A stretch of 64,000 bases of DNA from Octopus sinensis. Its lineage: Eukaryota. Shown here in pieces: positions 1 through 13,627 of the stretch. The stretch covers positions 3,410,001-3,474,000 of the forward strand of contig NC_043008.1 of the NCBI RefSeq assembly GCF_006345805.1, written 5' to 3'. The notes beneath the pieces were generated by a model, which was not told where the DNA came from, searched no databases, and saw only the letters and a list, made by a program, of their open reading frames with translations. Both the position numbers and the translations under genes were made by a program. How positions within the stretch are numbered: the first letter of the stretch is position 1; the number at the start of each line of letters is the position of its first letter.

Positions 1-414
1 CACGTAATCAAAGGTTTTATGCCTTTCTCTAATTTTGTCACTTTTTGACATTTTTTTAATATTATAGTGCGTATTTTTTTTTTAATCAGGAATCTTTTAA
101 GTTAATGAAGGAGTCTCTCCGATGTAATTGAAATTGCAAGAATTAAATGCCACTCTTCCTCCAGTTTCATTATCCTGTCTGAAACAAAGCAACGATACAC
201 TGGATAATACAGCACTTGAAATAGTAAGGATAGATAATAAAAACCATGAACATTCAGATTGATGGCTTTGGAGGATTTTTCTTTCCTATCAGACCTTCCC
301 TAGAACTATAAATAACATCTGTTAACATGTACATGTTATGATCCTGTTTGTTAACCATCAAAATGTCAGTTAAGAAAAGAATCTCCATCTTCTATCCTGA
401 CTTAGCTGGAAATC

Positions 415-645
415 TCAGCCATTGCTCGTATCACAAGCCGGCACTATAATATAAAGGAAAAGACATATCATAAGATAATCGCCGATACCTCCACAGATGA
501 AGTAAGGGATCACGTGGCCTTTCATCATAGATATGTTCGACCAGGTTTGAACGAAGACTAAACAAGAACAGAAAACAAAAACTAAAAACAGAGTAGCAGC
601 TGCGTCGGTGACAATACAATATGGCGTTTGAAACAAGGAGTCCAT
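415..645 (-). CDS. Candidate small hydrophobic ORF or decayed exon (76 aa, two hydrophobic stretches)
   Basis: Non-repetitive ORF MDSLFQ...TSNG with a good Kozak context (TTCAAGATGG). A possible acceptor (TTAGTTTGTCCTGTAG) lies upstream at ~785-800 on the - strand. No family recognised. Confidence 0.2.
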   Translation of the reverse strand: MDSLFQTPYCIVTDAAATLFLVFVFCSCLVFVQTWSNISMMKGHVIPYFICGGIGDYLMICLFLYIIVPACDTSNG

Positions 646-1861
646 CTTGAATTTATGGCGGCCAGTTTATACAGATTTTGTGATTGGTTTTTCACAATAG
701 TTACGCACATCGTCTGTGTATGACAGTTTCTTTCCTTGCACTTTTCTTAAATATTCATGCAGACAACCAAGTGATAAATCTTTCCTACAGGACAAACTAA
801 ACATTAATTATAGGTGGCTTTTGAAATTTACACTTAACATATCACGTTGGGTATAATATATTTTCTCTTGTACACATATTCATGATTCTAGGCATTATTA
901 CAATTTATTTGCTGTATTTGTCTATAATTTTTGTTAGGAAAAATATTGCTTTACGTCTCATTATGCAAGAAATTTGTGAGTTTTATAGCTCTGAAATCAC
1001 ATTCAAATTTTCATGATAGAAAGATGAAGATAAGAGTTTTATATTACTTGAGAAATTAGGATTTAAAAAATAGATTCTGTGTTCGTTATTGTTAATCAAA
1101 ACAGAATTGGAATTAAGAAACTCTTTAACAATGGGTGTAAAATAAAGAATATGGAAATAGAAAGTTCCAATGTATTAATATAACGCCATTAACTAATATC
1201 GCCATTAGCCAAGAACGTAACGATCTGTGTTTCTTACAAATACGAGTATCCGTTAGACGAGATCGCTACTTGAAACTAGAGATAAATGATGGTAAACAAT
1301 AGCTGAGAAGTATTGCACGCATTCGTGTGTATGTAGATGCTTTTAAATACGTACAAACATATATATGCTTATAGGAAAACATACCGATGTACAGCTCATA
1401 CTTACAGAGGTGGAAATAAAGTTTCGCTAACACATGCATAGCACATACATATACACGTGAACAAACACAGGTACACATCCAAATGTATACAGACTGATAT
1501 GAACGAATATCACACGCGCACACATATGAGACGCTCATGTGTACACTTATGAACACAAAGACATATATGCTTATATATATATATGAATATATATATATAT
1601 ATATATACACGCACACACACACATATATATATAACATGTACATATGCACGTATATATGAACACAGACTCATGCAGATACACGTACCTATGCATACATTCG
1701 AATATGTATTGCATATTCCAGAAATATTACACACAGACGCATATATGAAGAGGCATACATACACGCACACACGTTATATTACACGTATGCACACACATTC
1801 GTACCTACACACATAGGCACGCACAGTTACTTCGATACGTATGTTAATATTAAATCGCGTA

Positions 1862-2022
1862 CGAGAGCAGAAAAGCGGGAGAATCGTTTCCACGCTGGAG
1901 ATAATCCTCAGCAACGTTTGTCCGGGCTTTACGTTCGGAATTTCATTTCCATCGCGTTCGACATGCCTTTCGTCTTTTCCCCTCCCTCAACATTTAAGGC
2001 CTTGTGCCTCTAGTAGAAAGAA
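1862..2022 (+). mobile_element. Degenerate tRNA-derived SINE (family A)
   Basis: AGAATCGTT..CACGCTGG, CTTTACGTTCGGAATT and the tail GGCCTTGTGCCTCTAGTAGAAAG match the better-preserved copies at 59887 and 57580. Confidence 0.6.
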
Positions 2023-4337
2023 AAAAAGATATTAATAAGCATAATAATAATGATTTCTGGTTTTAAAATCCGTAAATATGTGGTAAAGTTAGCCGTTAGC
2101 ATTACAGAGTCGCATTGTTTCATCATTTCATCGAGGCTTAAGAATGAAAGTTGATGAAGGAGAAGCGAAGAAAGCAAACAGCCCGAACAAATCTTTGAAT
2201 GCGTTTCTTTTGGCGAACGATCTAACGATTCTGCCAAGCTTTTCATGTAAGCACATAAATAATAAACGTCTACACATCAAAAAATACATAAATGAAACAG
2301 CTTTTGATCATCGTTTAGCCATAGGAATGCACTGACCAGGCAAGACCATCACTGGAGGCATAAATATAAATTATTTACAGGGAATTTCACATTTCTGCGT
2401 AAGAGCTTTCCTCAGCATATTTAAGTTTATTTACGACTGAAAATGAGATTGTTACACTTAATGAGTCGTGAATCACAATGTGGCTGATGGTCGATTATTT
2501 CCCTTTACTCTGGCGACTTGTTATATGGTGTATTCTGTGTGAAAGTAGAGGCGCTACTGTATACACGTGACCGATTCAAATACATCACTTCGCCGATAGA
2601 GAGATACAGAAGATTCTAGCTTCTTAAAATAACACACATTTTTGTCTTGTATTAGCTTCTGTGCTTATGTCGTGCAGAAAAGGACAGATGGAAATATAGT
2701 GGTGATAACTACATATACATACATGTAGATTTGCTCAATGAGTTATACACATCCTCACTCAAATGCAAAAACTCATGTTAGCTATCCACAAATACTCACA
2801 CATACTCATGCAACACACATACGTGCGCGTACACACACACACACACACACACAATAATATCTGCGAGTAGGAATCTACGTAGTAAAATACATATAAACCA
2901 AACGTTGATAATGCCATACATGCGATTAATAGATATCCAATGTACCTTTGGCTTGTTTAGGCACGCATACAAGTTTGTATTTTAAAAGTGATATGGTGCG
3001 AATTTTGAAAGACATAACGCAAGGTATATTATGTCTCAATCGGAGCTGAATTATCAGGGCGATGCCCTCAGTATTTCCAGTACTGAAGTATAAGTTCCTT
3101 AGTCTTTTACAAAGTACTTGCTATCGCTGATGCGCATTAATTTGTGAGTTACTGTGGTAAAATAAAGGGTTTGTTCTTCCTAATCAATTTTACATTCACA
3201 GTGGAGCCTGTGGATCAAGATGTAACTGTTGCCTGCAACGGATTTTACAAACGAACATATTTGGGCGCTCTGAGAACGAAGATATTAAAGACAGTGGGGG
3301 GATAATGGATTCCCATTAACATCGAAGACTACAAACTCAGTTCTGCAAAGTTAGAATTTCATAGCCAGACACTAAAGACTACCAGTGCTTAAGCAAAATC
3401 TTTGTACAACGTGGAAGTAGAGAAATATGAGTTTGGGGGATGGTTTGTAAGTAGTCCTCATCATCTACCTCTGAGAGTAGAAGAAACACAGATGTAAGCA
3501 TCAGAACCTGACTAGAAGAGAGATACCCCGGTTACCAAGTTTTGTTTTCGAGCAAGAGAGAGACTGGGAAAAATAGTGACAATGAATTATTGCTGAAAAA
3601 CACAAACACTCTGTTGAATAGGATTTTCGACATTGATTTGTCAATAAAAATATGTCCCTGAGAATCTGAGAGCAACAGAGACGTATTACGCTGTTATCCA
3701 ATTGTGAAAGGACGCCACGTGAATTCACACTGCAAGCTATTTCCTTTCAAGATGTTTGAACCTCAAAAGAATTCTCATCATGATGCTGATTGGCCATCTA
3801 CCATTGGCTCAGTCCGTCCTGCGACTGGGAATCAGAGAGAAGTGGGCTATTAATACTTTGATTAAGGCATAATGACAAGTTACCATCTGTAACACTATAC
3901 TGTATCTAACTTAAACTCTCCACGTCACGTCTATCTCGCCATCTACGGATAAATGTGATCAAAAAATTTACATTCAACAGTCCACATTCAGGCTGTCGTC
4001 TGTAGGTATGTGTTAGCCTGGGCGTGAATATGTGTGTGATGCAGACGCATGTAGAAGGTATTTGATCGATTCGACAATCTCTTTTACGGCTCTGAAATGC
4101 TGAATAGTGGTCGTGTATGACGTGAACAGACTACATACAATCACATTCGTTTCTGTATATTTCATGCATTCATTAACACACATATGTATGGATATATGAA
4201 TGAATAGCAACATAGCTATATGTACACACCTGCACACACATACACACACGCTTATATAAATATCTGTCTGTTTGACTATTTATTTATATACCTGCTTGTT
4301 GTTCCTACACCTGTCTTTTTTGCTATTAAATTTGAAT

Positions 4338-4382
<45 letters not shown>

Positions 4383-4539
4383 TTATATTTATATTTATTT
4401 ATATATATATATATTTATATTTATATTTATATTTATATTATATATATATATATATAATATATATATATATATTTATATTTATATTTATATTTTTATTTAT
4501 TTATATATAACTATATATATATATATATGTGTGTGTGTG

Positions 4540-4600
<61 letters not shown>

Positions 4601-4859
4601 ACACGAACCTATAAGTGAGTGTGTTTTCCGTTTATTTATATAGACGCACGCACACACTGCAAGTATGATAAATGATAGGAAAGAAAAGGAAAAATGCATT
4701 CTTATTCAAAGACAGTAATTTTAATGCAATTTTGTAAATTACTATTTTCTACGGATTTTGTTAATGACTGAAAGGGGCATCAAACAAAATGCTAAAAACA
4801 GTAATTTCAGAATTTTGTATCGATTTCACTCTGCTGCAGCATATTTTGGCATGACACAG

Positions 4860-5190
4860 GCTGAATGTAGACGTCCCTGCGTAGAAGAGAGAGATAGATT
4901 ATATATGGTAAATCGGGGGAAGCTGTGTATGTAGAATATATGTCTGTGGTTATAATTGATTTGATAGAATGCTTTCTCCAGGCACATTGATCATTGGTAT
5001 TCCACTGGGCAATGCTGTGACCAGACTGTTGTATTATGTATTTTATGTGACCTCAAATCGAACAGCAAGAATGGAAAAAACCTATTAAAGCGGGAGATGG
5101 AGAAGGTGGGGGTGGAGAAATGGCGTAATCAAGGTTATTGTTGTTTGGTCATTGTTCAATGAATGGAGAGCGGACAAGAATAAGAATGAA
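4860..5190 (-). mobile_element. Highly decayed Penelope-like GIY-YIG endonuclease region
   Basis: - strand fragments ILVRS, FYIHSF and YIIYLSLLRRDVYIQ resemble the PLE linker and GIY-YIG pattern (LVRS...F.C.S.N.IY.I.C..C...YIG). Many frameshifts. Confidence 0.35.
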
Positions 5191-5268
5191 GACGCATATA
5201 TATATATATATATATATATGTCTATATATATAAATATATGCATATAGGTATGCTTTTATGTATACGTA

Positions 5269-5315
<47 letters not shown>

Positions 5316-5530
5316 CACATATACATACATATACATATATAAATGTATATGTACGTATATATATATATGTGTATATATATATGTGTGTAGATATATATAT
5401 ATATATATGTATATGTATATATATATATATGTATATATATGTATATATATGTATATATATATATATATGCATATATATGTATATATATATATATGTACAT
5501 ATATATTTATATATGCATATGTATGTATAA

Positions 5531-5575
<45 letters not shown>

Positions 5576-5777
5576 AATGTATGTATGTATGTATGTATGT
5601 ATGTATGTATGTATGCGTGTAACTATAGGAATCAGTAACGTATGGTGTCTTGATGCGCCATTTTGACTGGAAATTGTTTATTATATGACATAGGTGCATG
5701 ATTGAACATGTTTTTATGTTGTGTGTGTGTGTATCACTTGAATATGCATGTCTGTCTTTTTTACTATTCTGATCATG

Positions 5778-5808
<31 letters not shown>

Positions 5809-6215
5809 TGTGTGTGTGCATCGACATCTGAATACCTAAAAATGTACGCCTCGTCTGTATAGGATTTGCAAAGTCAATAACATAACCGATAAAAGTAAGG
5901 TGGCCGACTGATAAAATAACCGAATACAAAGCAAGAGATTTTTACTCGCTCGATCGTGGATTACAATAATACTTCTGACATTATTCTCTCTCAGTCAATG
6001 TAAGAGCCACCTCGCCTCCTTATCATAAATAACTTGACACTAGTCAGGTCACACTCGTCTCAGGCACGTATTTCTGGAACATATATTGTATTCATGGCGA
6101 ACGATTACAATGAAATTCTTTGCTATATATCTCCTCAAAAACCTGGATGTGTGCAGATAATATACATGCGGGTATCAATATAACTATCACTATCTCTCTC
6201 TCTCTCTCTTTCCGT

Positions 6216-6308
<93 letters not shown>

Positions 6309-6347
6309 TACCCCGTACATAAATATATGTATATATTTTAATATAAT

Positions 6348-6383
<36 letters not shown>

Positions 6384-7303
6384 GAAGGTTTGAAAATGCT
6401 ATTTTAAAACTTTATTCACTTGACCGATTTATTCACTTGACCGGTTTTACTTTTTTAGAAACAGATTGTGAAAGTAAAATGTAAATCTTTGTATAAGTGT
6501 TGTTGTGTTAAGTACTGGTTGTCACAAAAATATTAAAATACATTTATACATTCTTTGATAATAATAAGAAAATATTAAGAACAGTTTACAAAGAAAGTAA
6601 ACACCCTAGCAAATATTAGTCACACACATACACACACACACAAACGTACAAACATATACACATACTATTCTACAAAATATAAAACACACACAGACCCATA
6701 TACACTCGCCTCAATAAACTCTGGGGCCAATAACAAACGGCCCACACACACAAACACAAACACATGTATATAAACAGAGAGAGAGAGAGACCTGCACACA
6801 GACACACGACACTCTCACATCATTCTGACCGCTGAGACCAGTCCCCAAAACCACTGAACTATGACAGACTAGCCCAGAAACAAAAAACTCCTTTTAATGC
6901 CACATTGCTCTTCCTTCCTCCCACCCCGATGAATCTCCCACACTGTCCCTTAAATTAGAAAACATTCCTTAGCTACACACAAGAGAGAAAAATGCCAAAA
7001 GGACAGGTCGGTTCCCCGCCAATTTTTTGTAAATTCTTAAATATATCTTCTTCTGTGTATACATATATACTACCAAACAAACATGATTTTTATTGAACTC
7101 CTAATAACTTTCTTAAATACTTTCTTGTAAAGTGCTTTTAAGATTTTCTTATTATTATCAAACAATGTATATATGTATTTTAACACTATTTTGACAACCA
7201 TTACTTAACTCAACAAAGCTTATACAAAGCTTTACATTTAACTTTTGACAATCTTTTTCTAAAAAGTGAAACCGGTCAATTTAAAATTGCATTTCAAACC
7301 TTC
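6384..7303. mobile_element. PLE-like element with ~190-215 bp inverted arms, each carrying a decayed hammerhead
   Basis: 6384-6598 is a diverged reverse complement of 7118-7303. The right arm has ACTT-TTGACAA-TCTTTTT..AAAAAGT-GAAACCGGTC (7241-7280 +), and the left arm has the equivalent at 6435-6475 (-). Flanked by (TA)n. Confidence 0.7.
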
Positions 7304-7313
7304 AAACCTATAT

Positions 7314-7349
<36 letters not shown>

Positions 7350-7451
7350 CATCACGTGACCGACCAGTCCATCGTATGTAGTTACACATCGCTGGTCACA
7401 ATGCGTTCGCATTGTTTTAGCCTTCGAATGACGCCACCCCGCTGGCTAAGC
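7350..7451 (-). mobile_element. 3' fragment of a SINE (probably family C)
   Basis: GTGACCGACCAG..ACACATCGCTGGTCACAATGCG..GACGCCACCCCGCTGGCTAAGC between TA tracts; recognised as a common cephalopod repeat. Confidence 0.55.
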
Positions 7452-7466
7452 TATATATATATATAT

Positions 7467-7884
7467 CAGAGACGACTCGGGCTCAACAGAGATTTCGCAT
7501 AACACACATGCGTGCTCGAAGATTTTTCACGTTTTTCTGCAATATTTCTAGCCCCAGATGGATTTTTTTTATATATCTAGCACTGTGTCTTTATCCATCT
7601 CTGAGTTAGACGTAAAAATGAAGCCACCCTGCAAAACATGGCTGATCTTGATACACAGACGCACAGAATAACAGCAATCAAACAGCAACAGCGCAGTGCA
7701 CAACGAACATCAGCAATATCACCTGTACTCCTGACCAGAGATGCCAGTTAGCTTTTTACACATAAAGTAGGCTAAAAGTAATGGCTATCAAATGTCAAAA
7801 GGAAATACAATGATAACAATGACAAAATTATTCAAAAAATTGTAACTCTGCGAAAAACGAAATTATTTTCTTGCTAACCCAATA
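7467..7884 (-). mobile_element. mariner 5' end remnant (TIR plus decayed transposase start)
   Basis: - strand begins TATTGGGTTAGCAAGAAAATAATTTCGTTTTTCG, a mariner-type TIR at 7851-7884. A decayed MDK... start follows. Confidence 0.5.
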
Positions 7885-7918
7885 TATTTATATATGCGTG
7901 TGTTTGTGTGTGTGTGTG

Positions 7919-7950
<32 letters not shown>

Positions 7951-8011
7951 GTGTGTCTATCTGTCTGTCTATCTGTAATATATATATTTTATATATATAT
8001 ATATGTGTGTA

Positions 8012-8190
8012 CCGTTGGCGATTTTTTTCCTCTATCTTCCCTTCTCTGGATCTTTCCTTCTATGTTTCCGACGAAGAGCTCCGCTCGAAACGTTAAACCC
8101 TTTTTCTTCCCTTATTTTCTGAGCGTCCAATAATACTATATTCGTTCCACCTCCTCGCGTTGTTGTGTTTTTTTGTGTTTTCTTGTTTGG
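8012..8190 (+). mobile_element. PLE terminal-repeat (pLTR) fragment with hammerhead; same family as 54128-54335
   Basis: Clearly homologous to the reverse complement of 54128-54320. Flanked by TA/TG repeats. Confidence 0.8.
8064..8098 (+). ncRNA. Minimal type I hammerhead ribozyme, U4C variant
   Basis: GTTT-CCGACGA-A-GAGC-TCC-GCTC-GAAA-CG-TT-AAAC: stem I GTTT/AAAC, stem II GAGC/GCTC, palindromic AACGTT stem III. Confidence 0.7.
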
Positions 8191-8762
8191 ATTAACTTTA
8201 TATATATATATACATATATATATGTGTGTGTATATTGATTGTGTGTTTGTGTATACATACATACATACATACATACATACATACATACATACATACATAC
8301 ATACATAGAAACGTAGCCCGCGGTATACACCTCGCTTGGAATTTTACCACTTCTAATGTTCCGCTCGCAATGAAACATATGTAACCCAGAACTTGCCTAC
8401 TCCACTCCGTAGCTCTTGTATATATATATATATAGAGAGAGAGAGATGCATGCATGCTTACATGCATACGTTTATACATGTATATATAAATATATACGTA
8501 TACATTTGTACACAACACACACACACATATATGTGTATGTGTGTGTGTCTGTGTCTATATATATATAACACTTCACTGATTTCCATAAATAAATGAATTT
8601 AAAATTAAAATTTAATGCTACACTGTTGAGATCAATTAAGAATCGAAATACGTGTATGTAATGGGAATTTTATTTGCATTATTACAACCAATTAACTTGG
8701 AAATGGATTAAGCATAACGCTGCAATTGGAAAACCGTTGCCACTGTTGTTGTTGTTTTTGCT

Positions 8763-8877
<115 letters not shown>

Positions 8878-8992
8878 AAGCAGCAAACAAATATGATAAA
8901 AGCTATCTCCCTTACCACAGAAAATTATTCCTTGTATGTATATATTTGTACATACCTATGAATGTTCATGCATGTATGTATATATCTATGCA

Positions 8993-9076
<84 letters not shown>

Positions 9077-9121
9077 TAGATATTTGTGCACGTATATATA
9101 TGTGTGTGTGTATGCGTGTAA

Positions 9122-9323
<202 letters not shown>

Positions 9324-10602
9324 AATTCTGTGATAAATAACGGAATTCAATATGTAATGGTACCATTAATCAAGGAATTTTAAGTGAATGCTGCACGATT
9401 TTACTTGCAGCCTGGTAAAGTATGCTGCGATAACATTCATCCATGTCGTTCTAACATCACTGGTAAAATATATTGGTCAGGAACGGTAGCACATTCTATA
9501 CCACTCTTAGGAGTAATGTGCACACTAGCATTCTTCTCTTTCGGATTTCGTCGAGTTCTTTCGCTTACTATATATGACCTGATTCGGGTATATCAGTGTC
9601 TCTCTTCCCTGTGCGCTACATTTCCGCAATTTTTCAGCAAAACACTTATCATCTGTTTCGTTTTTGTGACGGCCTCACCTTAACTTGGATCCTCAAATTC
9701 CATTTAGTTCCTGTGAAAGTTCTTGGCTCGCCTAAATGAACAATGAAGTTCCGTAGCCTCGGCGATAACGTACTTTTACTATTTAACCTCCAAACAAGGA
9801 TGTTACAGGTTGTAGCACCATACTTTATAAATGAAGCAGAAACTGGATGGCTTTGTGTAGGAACCTGCTTATACAACTTTCTGTTGTCCTATCTTCCCTC
9901 AGTATTATGTCAGACAATTGGAGTGGTCATAGAAGTCTCACTAAAAGCCATTATATTAATAGTGCATTTTTTTTTAACTTCCAAACCGTAAATACTAATT
10001 GTAGTTAACTCCTTTGTAAACATGACTTTAACTTCAATATTTGTCTCGGCATTATTTCGAAATGTTTCCAGTTTATGCTAACGTCATTTAATTGCATAAT
10101 TCCTCATAACTGGAATCGTCTATGCCCCGCTCTATCTGAATATGGAATTCAATGATCGCAGATCGCATTCTGAATGGGCGCCGCTTTATTTGTTTTGGCA
10201 TTGTGTCTACATTGCCGCAGTTGTTTGTATTATTACATCATGAATATCAGGCAGTTCTCTTGTTTCCAGTAAGGAAACATTAAACAAGTCTGCATTTTTA
10301 AATGAAGTAAATGATGATGGTCTCCTCTCAGAGGTGATTCTGAAGCATTTTTTAGTGCTGATTCCAAATATGGTTTTAGTTTTTGTCTATCACGCACACA
10401 CTTTACACAAATGGCTGCTGCCAAAGATATAATGATTTTTCTTGTCATTCATTCCCTTTCGTGGCAGATTTTTAGAAGAAACATATAAAATTAAGAACAA
10501 ATGATTGGAACAATAATAAAAAAACATATGAATAATGTATGTTGGCCTCCATATTGATTAAATATAAATTTTTAATGTACTTACCATAGATTTAAAGTAG
10601 TT

Positions 10603-11395
10603 TTACTCCTTTTCAAACATCCTTTTCTTTTGATTTCCTTCCAGCTTAATGTCCTGATGAAATCTCTCACCGTGCCCTTCACTTAGATTGCGAAAGTTCT
10701 TCAAGAAACAGTCGAGATGTGAGTGAAGAGAGTGTATTCTAACACTGAAGTCGCAGCCAAGCTTTTTGAAGTTTTGCAACATGGTATCAACCATGACTTT
10801 GTAATTTGAACGCTTATTGTTTCCAAAAAAGTTATCGAAAACATACTTGAAGGTCACCCATGTCTGTTTTTGAGATTCATTCATGGATTTCTCATAATTT
10901 GGGTCGTTCATTAGTTTACGAATGCCAAGACCAACAAATATTCCTGCTTTAATTTTCTTACTAGCTATATTTGGGAATTTCTTTGAGAGATATTTCAAGC
11001 ATGGCCTAGCTGCAAGCAAAGGTTTAACGAACTGTCCCATCAGACCCAGTTTGATATGCAAATGTGGTAACAGTACTTTTGCAGGTTCGATGAAGACCTC
11101 GTGCAGAGTGTTTTTGGATCCCGGTAACAAACGCCTCCTTTGTGGCCAGTTTTTACCCATCCAGTGCTTTAGCTCTGCTGTCCCATTCACATAAGACAGA
11201 CAACATTTTTGTGTAGCCTTCCCGCTGGCCTAAATTCATGTTTATAACTTTGAAATCTCCACACACTTGACAGTGGCATTCAGCATGCTTTCCATTTTTA
11301 ACAAAAGGTTTTTTTTTTACATTTTCATACGCCTTTTTTCGTTGTACAGAATGTGCCACTGGAATGGACGTGTACTTATTTCCATTGTGTAAATA
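10603..11395 (-). mobile_element. Chapaev3-type (CMC superfamily) transposase remnant, frameshifted
   Basis: Motifs LHNGNKYTSIPVAHS, CGDFKVINMNLGQREGYTK, CEWDSRA, LHIKLGLMGQFVK, KIKAGIFVG, HSLHSHLD and HGERFHQDIK, split over two frames (shift near 11190-11205). Confidence 0.88.
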
Positions 11396-11570
11396 TAGAC
11401 AAATAACTGTGGATAAAAAAAATAATTAATATTTTGTAAGGGATGGACAGGGATGGATTGGATAACATTGTGTTTAAGACAAAGGAATGGTACTAGAAAG
11501 AGGAAGGGAGAGATTCATATGCAGGCTAGAATATATAATTATAGATAGATAGACAGACAGATAGATAGAC

Positions 11571-11621
<51 letters not shown>

Positions 11622-12439
11622 CAGACAGATAATATATCTGAGACGTATGTGTCGGCACAGATGCTTGAACGCGCGCGCGCACGCGTTTGTGCGCGTACAG
11701 CTATGCTAACGTGTGTGTGTTTACAATTTTGACAACAGTGGCAGGCACTTTTTAAATATTGAAAAGGTCAACTTAATCAAGGTACCTTTTAAATCAACAA
11801 CCATATCACGTTTGTGGACTTAAACAAACTTGTCTGTCATGTTTCTGAAATTCGGTTGATTTATATAAATCATATAAATAACATCTTTCAAAAAATATAA
11901 TTTTCAGAAATTCTTAAACGGAAACTAAAATTTAAGAAAAGAAAATAATATGAGGAAAATATTTCAATATTCCTATATACTTCATAAAATATTTTATCGT
12001 TTGGTAAAAGATGGTATTTCTTTTTCCTCTTACGGAAAAAATAGATCTATTATAAAGAAAATTTGTTTCCGCTGTAGACAGAACACTGAATTTGGTTAAA
12101 GAAATAGAGCTATAAATCAAATTTAGGGCTGATCGAAAGTAACAAGAGAAGCATTCTGGTTACTAATGCAGAAGCAATAATCATAATGAGTTTAAAAGTA
12201 TTCGCTTAACTTATCAGCGTAGTTAATAAACAAAACGATTGGTTTATTATAAATCCTAAAAACAAAGCTGAAATGATTACTAGGTTAAAATCATCCTAAC
12301 ACGATACTTCGATGAAAATATAAAGACGATTCCACTTGGTGTGGAATTAATTTCAATGCTGACATTTGACAGCAACACACATTTGACAACATTTTTAGAT
12401 CTAGCGATAGTATGTCGTCAGCTTAATGTCACAGTCCCA

Positions 12440-12605
12440 TAAAAGGGAAGAATGCTACTGTTATTTAGCCCTAGGAAACACCGTTTCCTGGTAGACTTGA
12501 CACATTTCCTGTGACCTTATGTTTTCAAAGTGGAGATAAGCACCTCCACCCAGCAAAGCCAGAGTCCAGAGACTAGTTTCAGAGTCATTGCATTCTTTCT
12601 TTATA
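12440..12605 (-). mobile_element. Decayed relative of the 22290-22890 HHR unit
   Basis: ATGCTACTGTTATTTAGCCCTAGGAAAC resembles ATGCTACTGTAGTTTGTAGCCCCAGGAAG. The - strand keeps GAAACTAGTC (palindromic stem III, 12571-12580), but CTGANGA is lost. Confidence 0.5.
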
Positions 12606-13477
12606 ATGGAACAGTCACACCAAGTTAACAACATACTATCACTTTATCGTGCTGCTACTGCATAAATCTCTCTGAGAGATTTAGAAATGCAAGTCTATTT
12701 TTAGATCTGTTTTGTGACCCATAGTGCAGCACGATTTAGAAGTGACTCCTAGCATGATTTAGAAATGATAAGTACTCGAGTGCATATATAAATACTGCAT
12801 TCTTGGGTTAAATTTGATGATATTTTTATATGTATCCTTGTTTTTGAGGAAAACTTGGTGTGCTGATGAAATCTCAGATGTGTTGGAGACTGCTGTTCAC
12901 TGCTCTGCGAATATTGTAAATATTGTAAGACATGGAGAGATACAGTGGAGAATGCGAATGCCTGTTCAGCAGGTGCATTTGTTCGATTATGGCCGAGGTG
13001 AAATGACTGAGACAAGTAAACAACTTAAAGATTAAATACAAGATTTATACACCCTGAGGAACAGTGTGATGCATAAATACAGTTGTGCAGGAATGTGTCT
13101 TTACATGGAGCACAAAATATAAATTATTCGAGGAAGAAGAAGTTTATGGAAAGTCCTCTCGAAAGCTCTTTCAAAATGGCCGTATTTATGTAAGCTACAT
13201 TATCTGTTCGTCTCGCCATTGAAGCACTCCTTTTCTTCCACTAAATCTCTCCCCTCCCGCCTCTTCCAACTTCTATGCCTCTCTTTCTGTTTTCAAATAA
13301 AATGTTTTAAAACCTTTGTATTTGTATACATTGCAAACCAACACGCACGTGCACTGCCAATCTTGAGATCAGATTCTAACTCGCTGTAACAATTACATAT
13401 GCACTTGTTTCTGACATTAATAATAAAAATGGCTGCTTCATAAGATACGGACGTCTTGAAGCAGCTATCGAGTGAGA

Positions 13478-13627
13478 GAACGTTGTGGCGAAAGAGTCAG
13501 CAGAAGTTCGCCAGTACCTTCTGCCGGAGCTGCGTGGAGCTTAGTTGTTTCGCCAGGTCTGAGATTCGAACCCGCGATCCCTCGACCGCGAGTCCGCTGC
13601 TCTAACCACTAGGTCATGTGCCTCCAC
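13478..13627 (-). mobile_element. tRNA-derived SINE 5' part (family C) with Pol III A and B boxes
   Basis: - strand GGAGGCACATGACCTAGTGGTTAGAGCAGCGGACTCGCGGTCGAGGGATCGCGGGTTCGAATCTCAGACC, then a non-tRNA body. Confidence 0.85.

Noticed and set aside
3202-3320. Possible exon GACGSRCNCCLQR after an acceptor-like CAG
   Set aside because: Short, ends in a stop, no recognisable gene context. At best a decayed Cys-rich transposon tail.
12860-12900. HHR-like GTG-CTGATGA..GAGA-CTGCTG-TT-CAC
   Set aside because: GAAA and stem II are damaged. Possibly a relic, but not supportable as a feature.
13555-13627. tRNA gene
   Set aside because: No proper acceptor stem, and it continues into a SINE body. It is a tRNA-derived SINE head.
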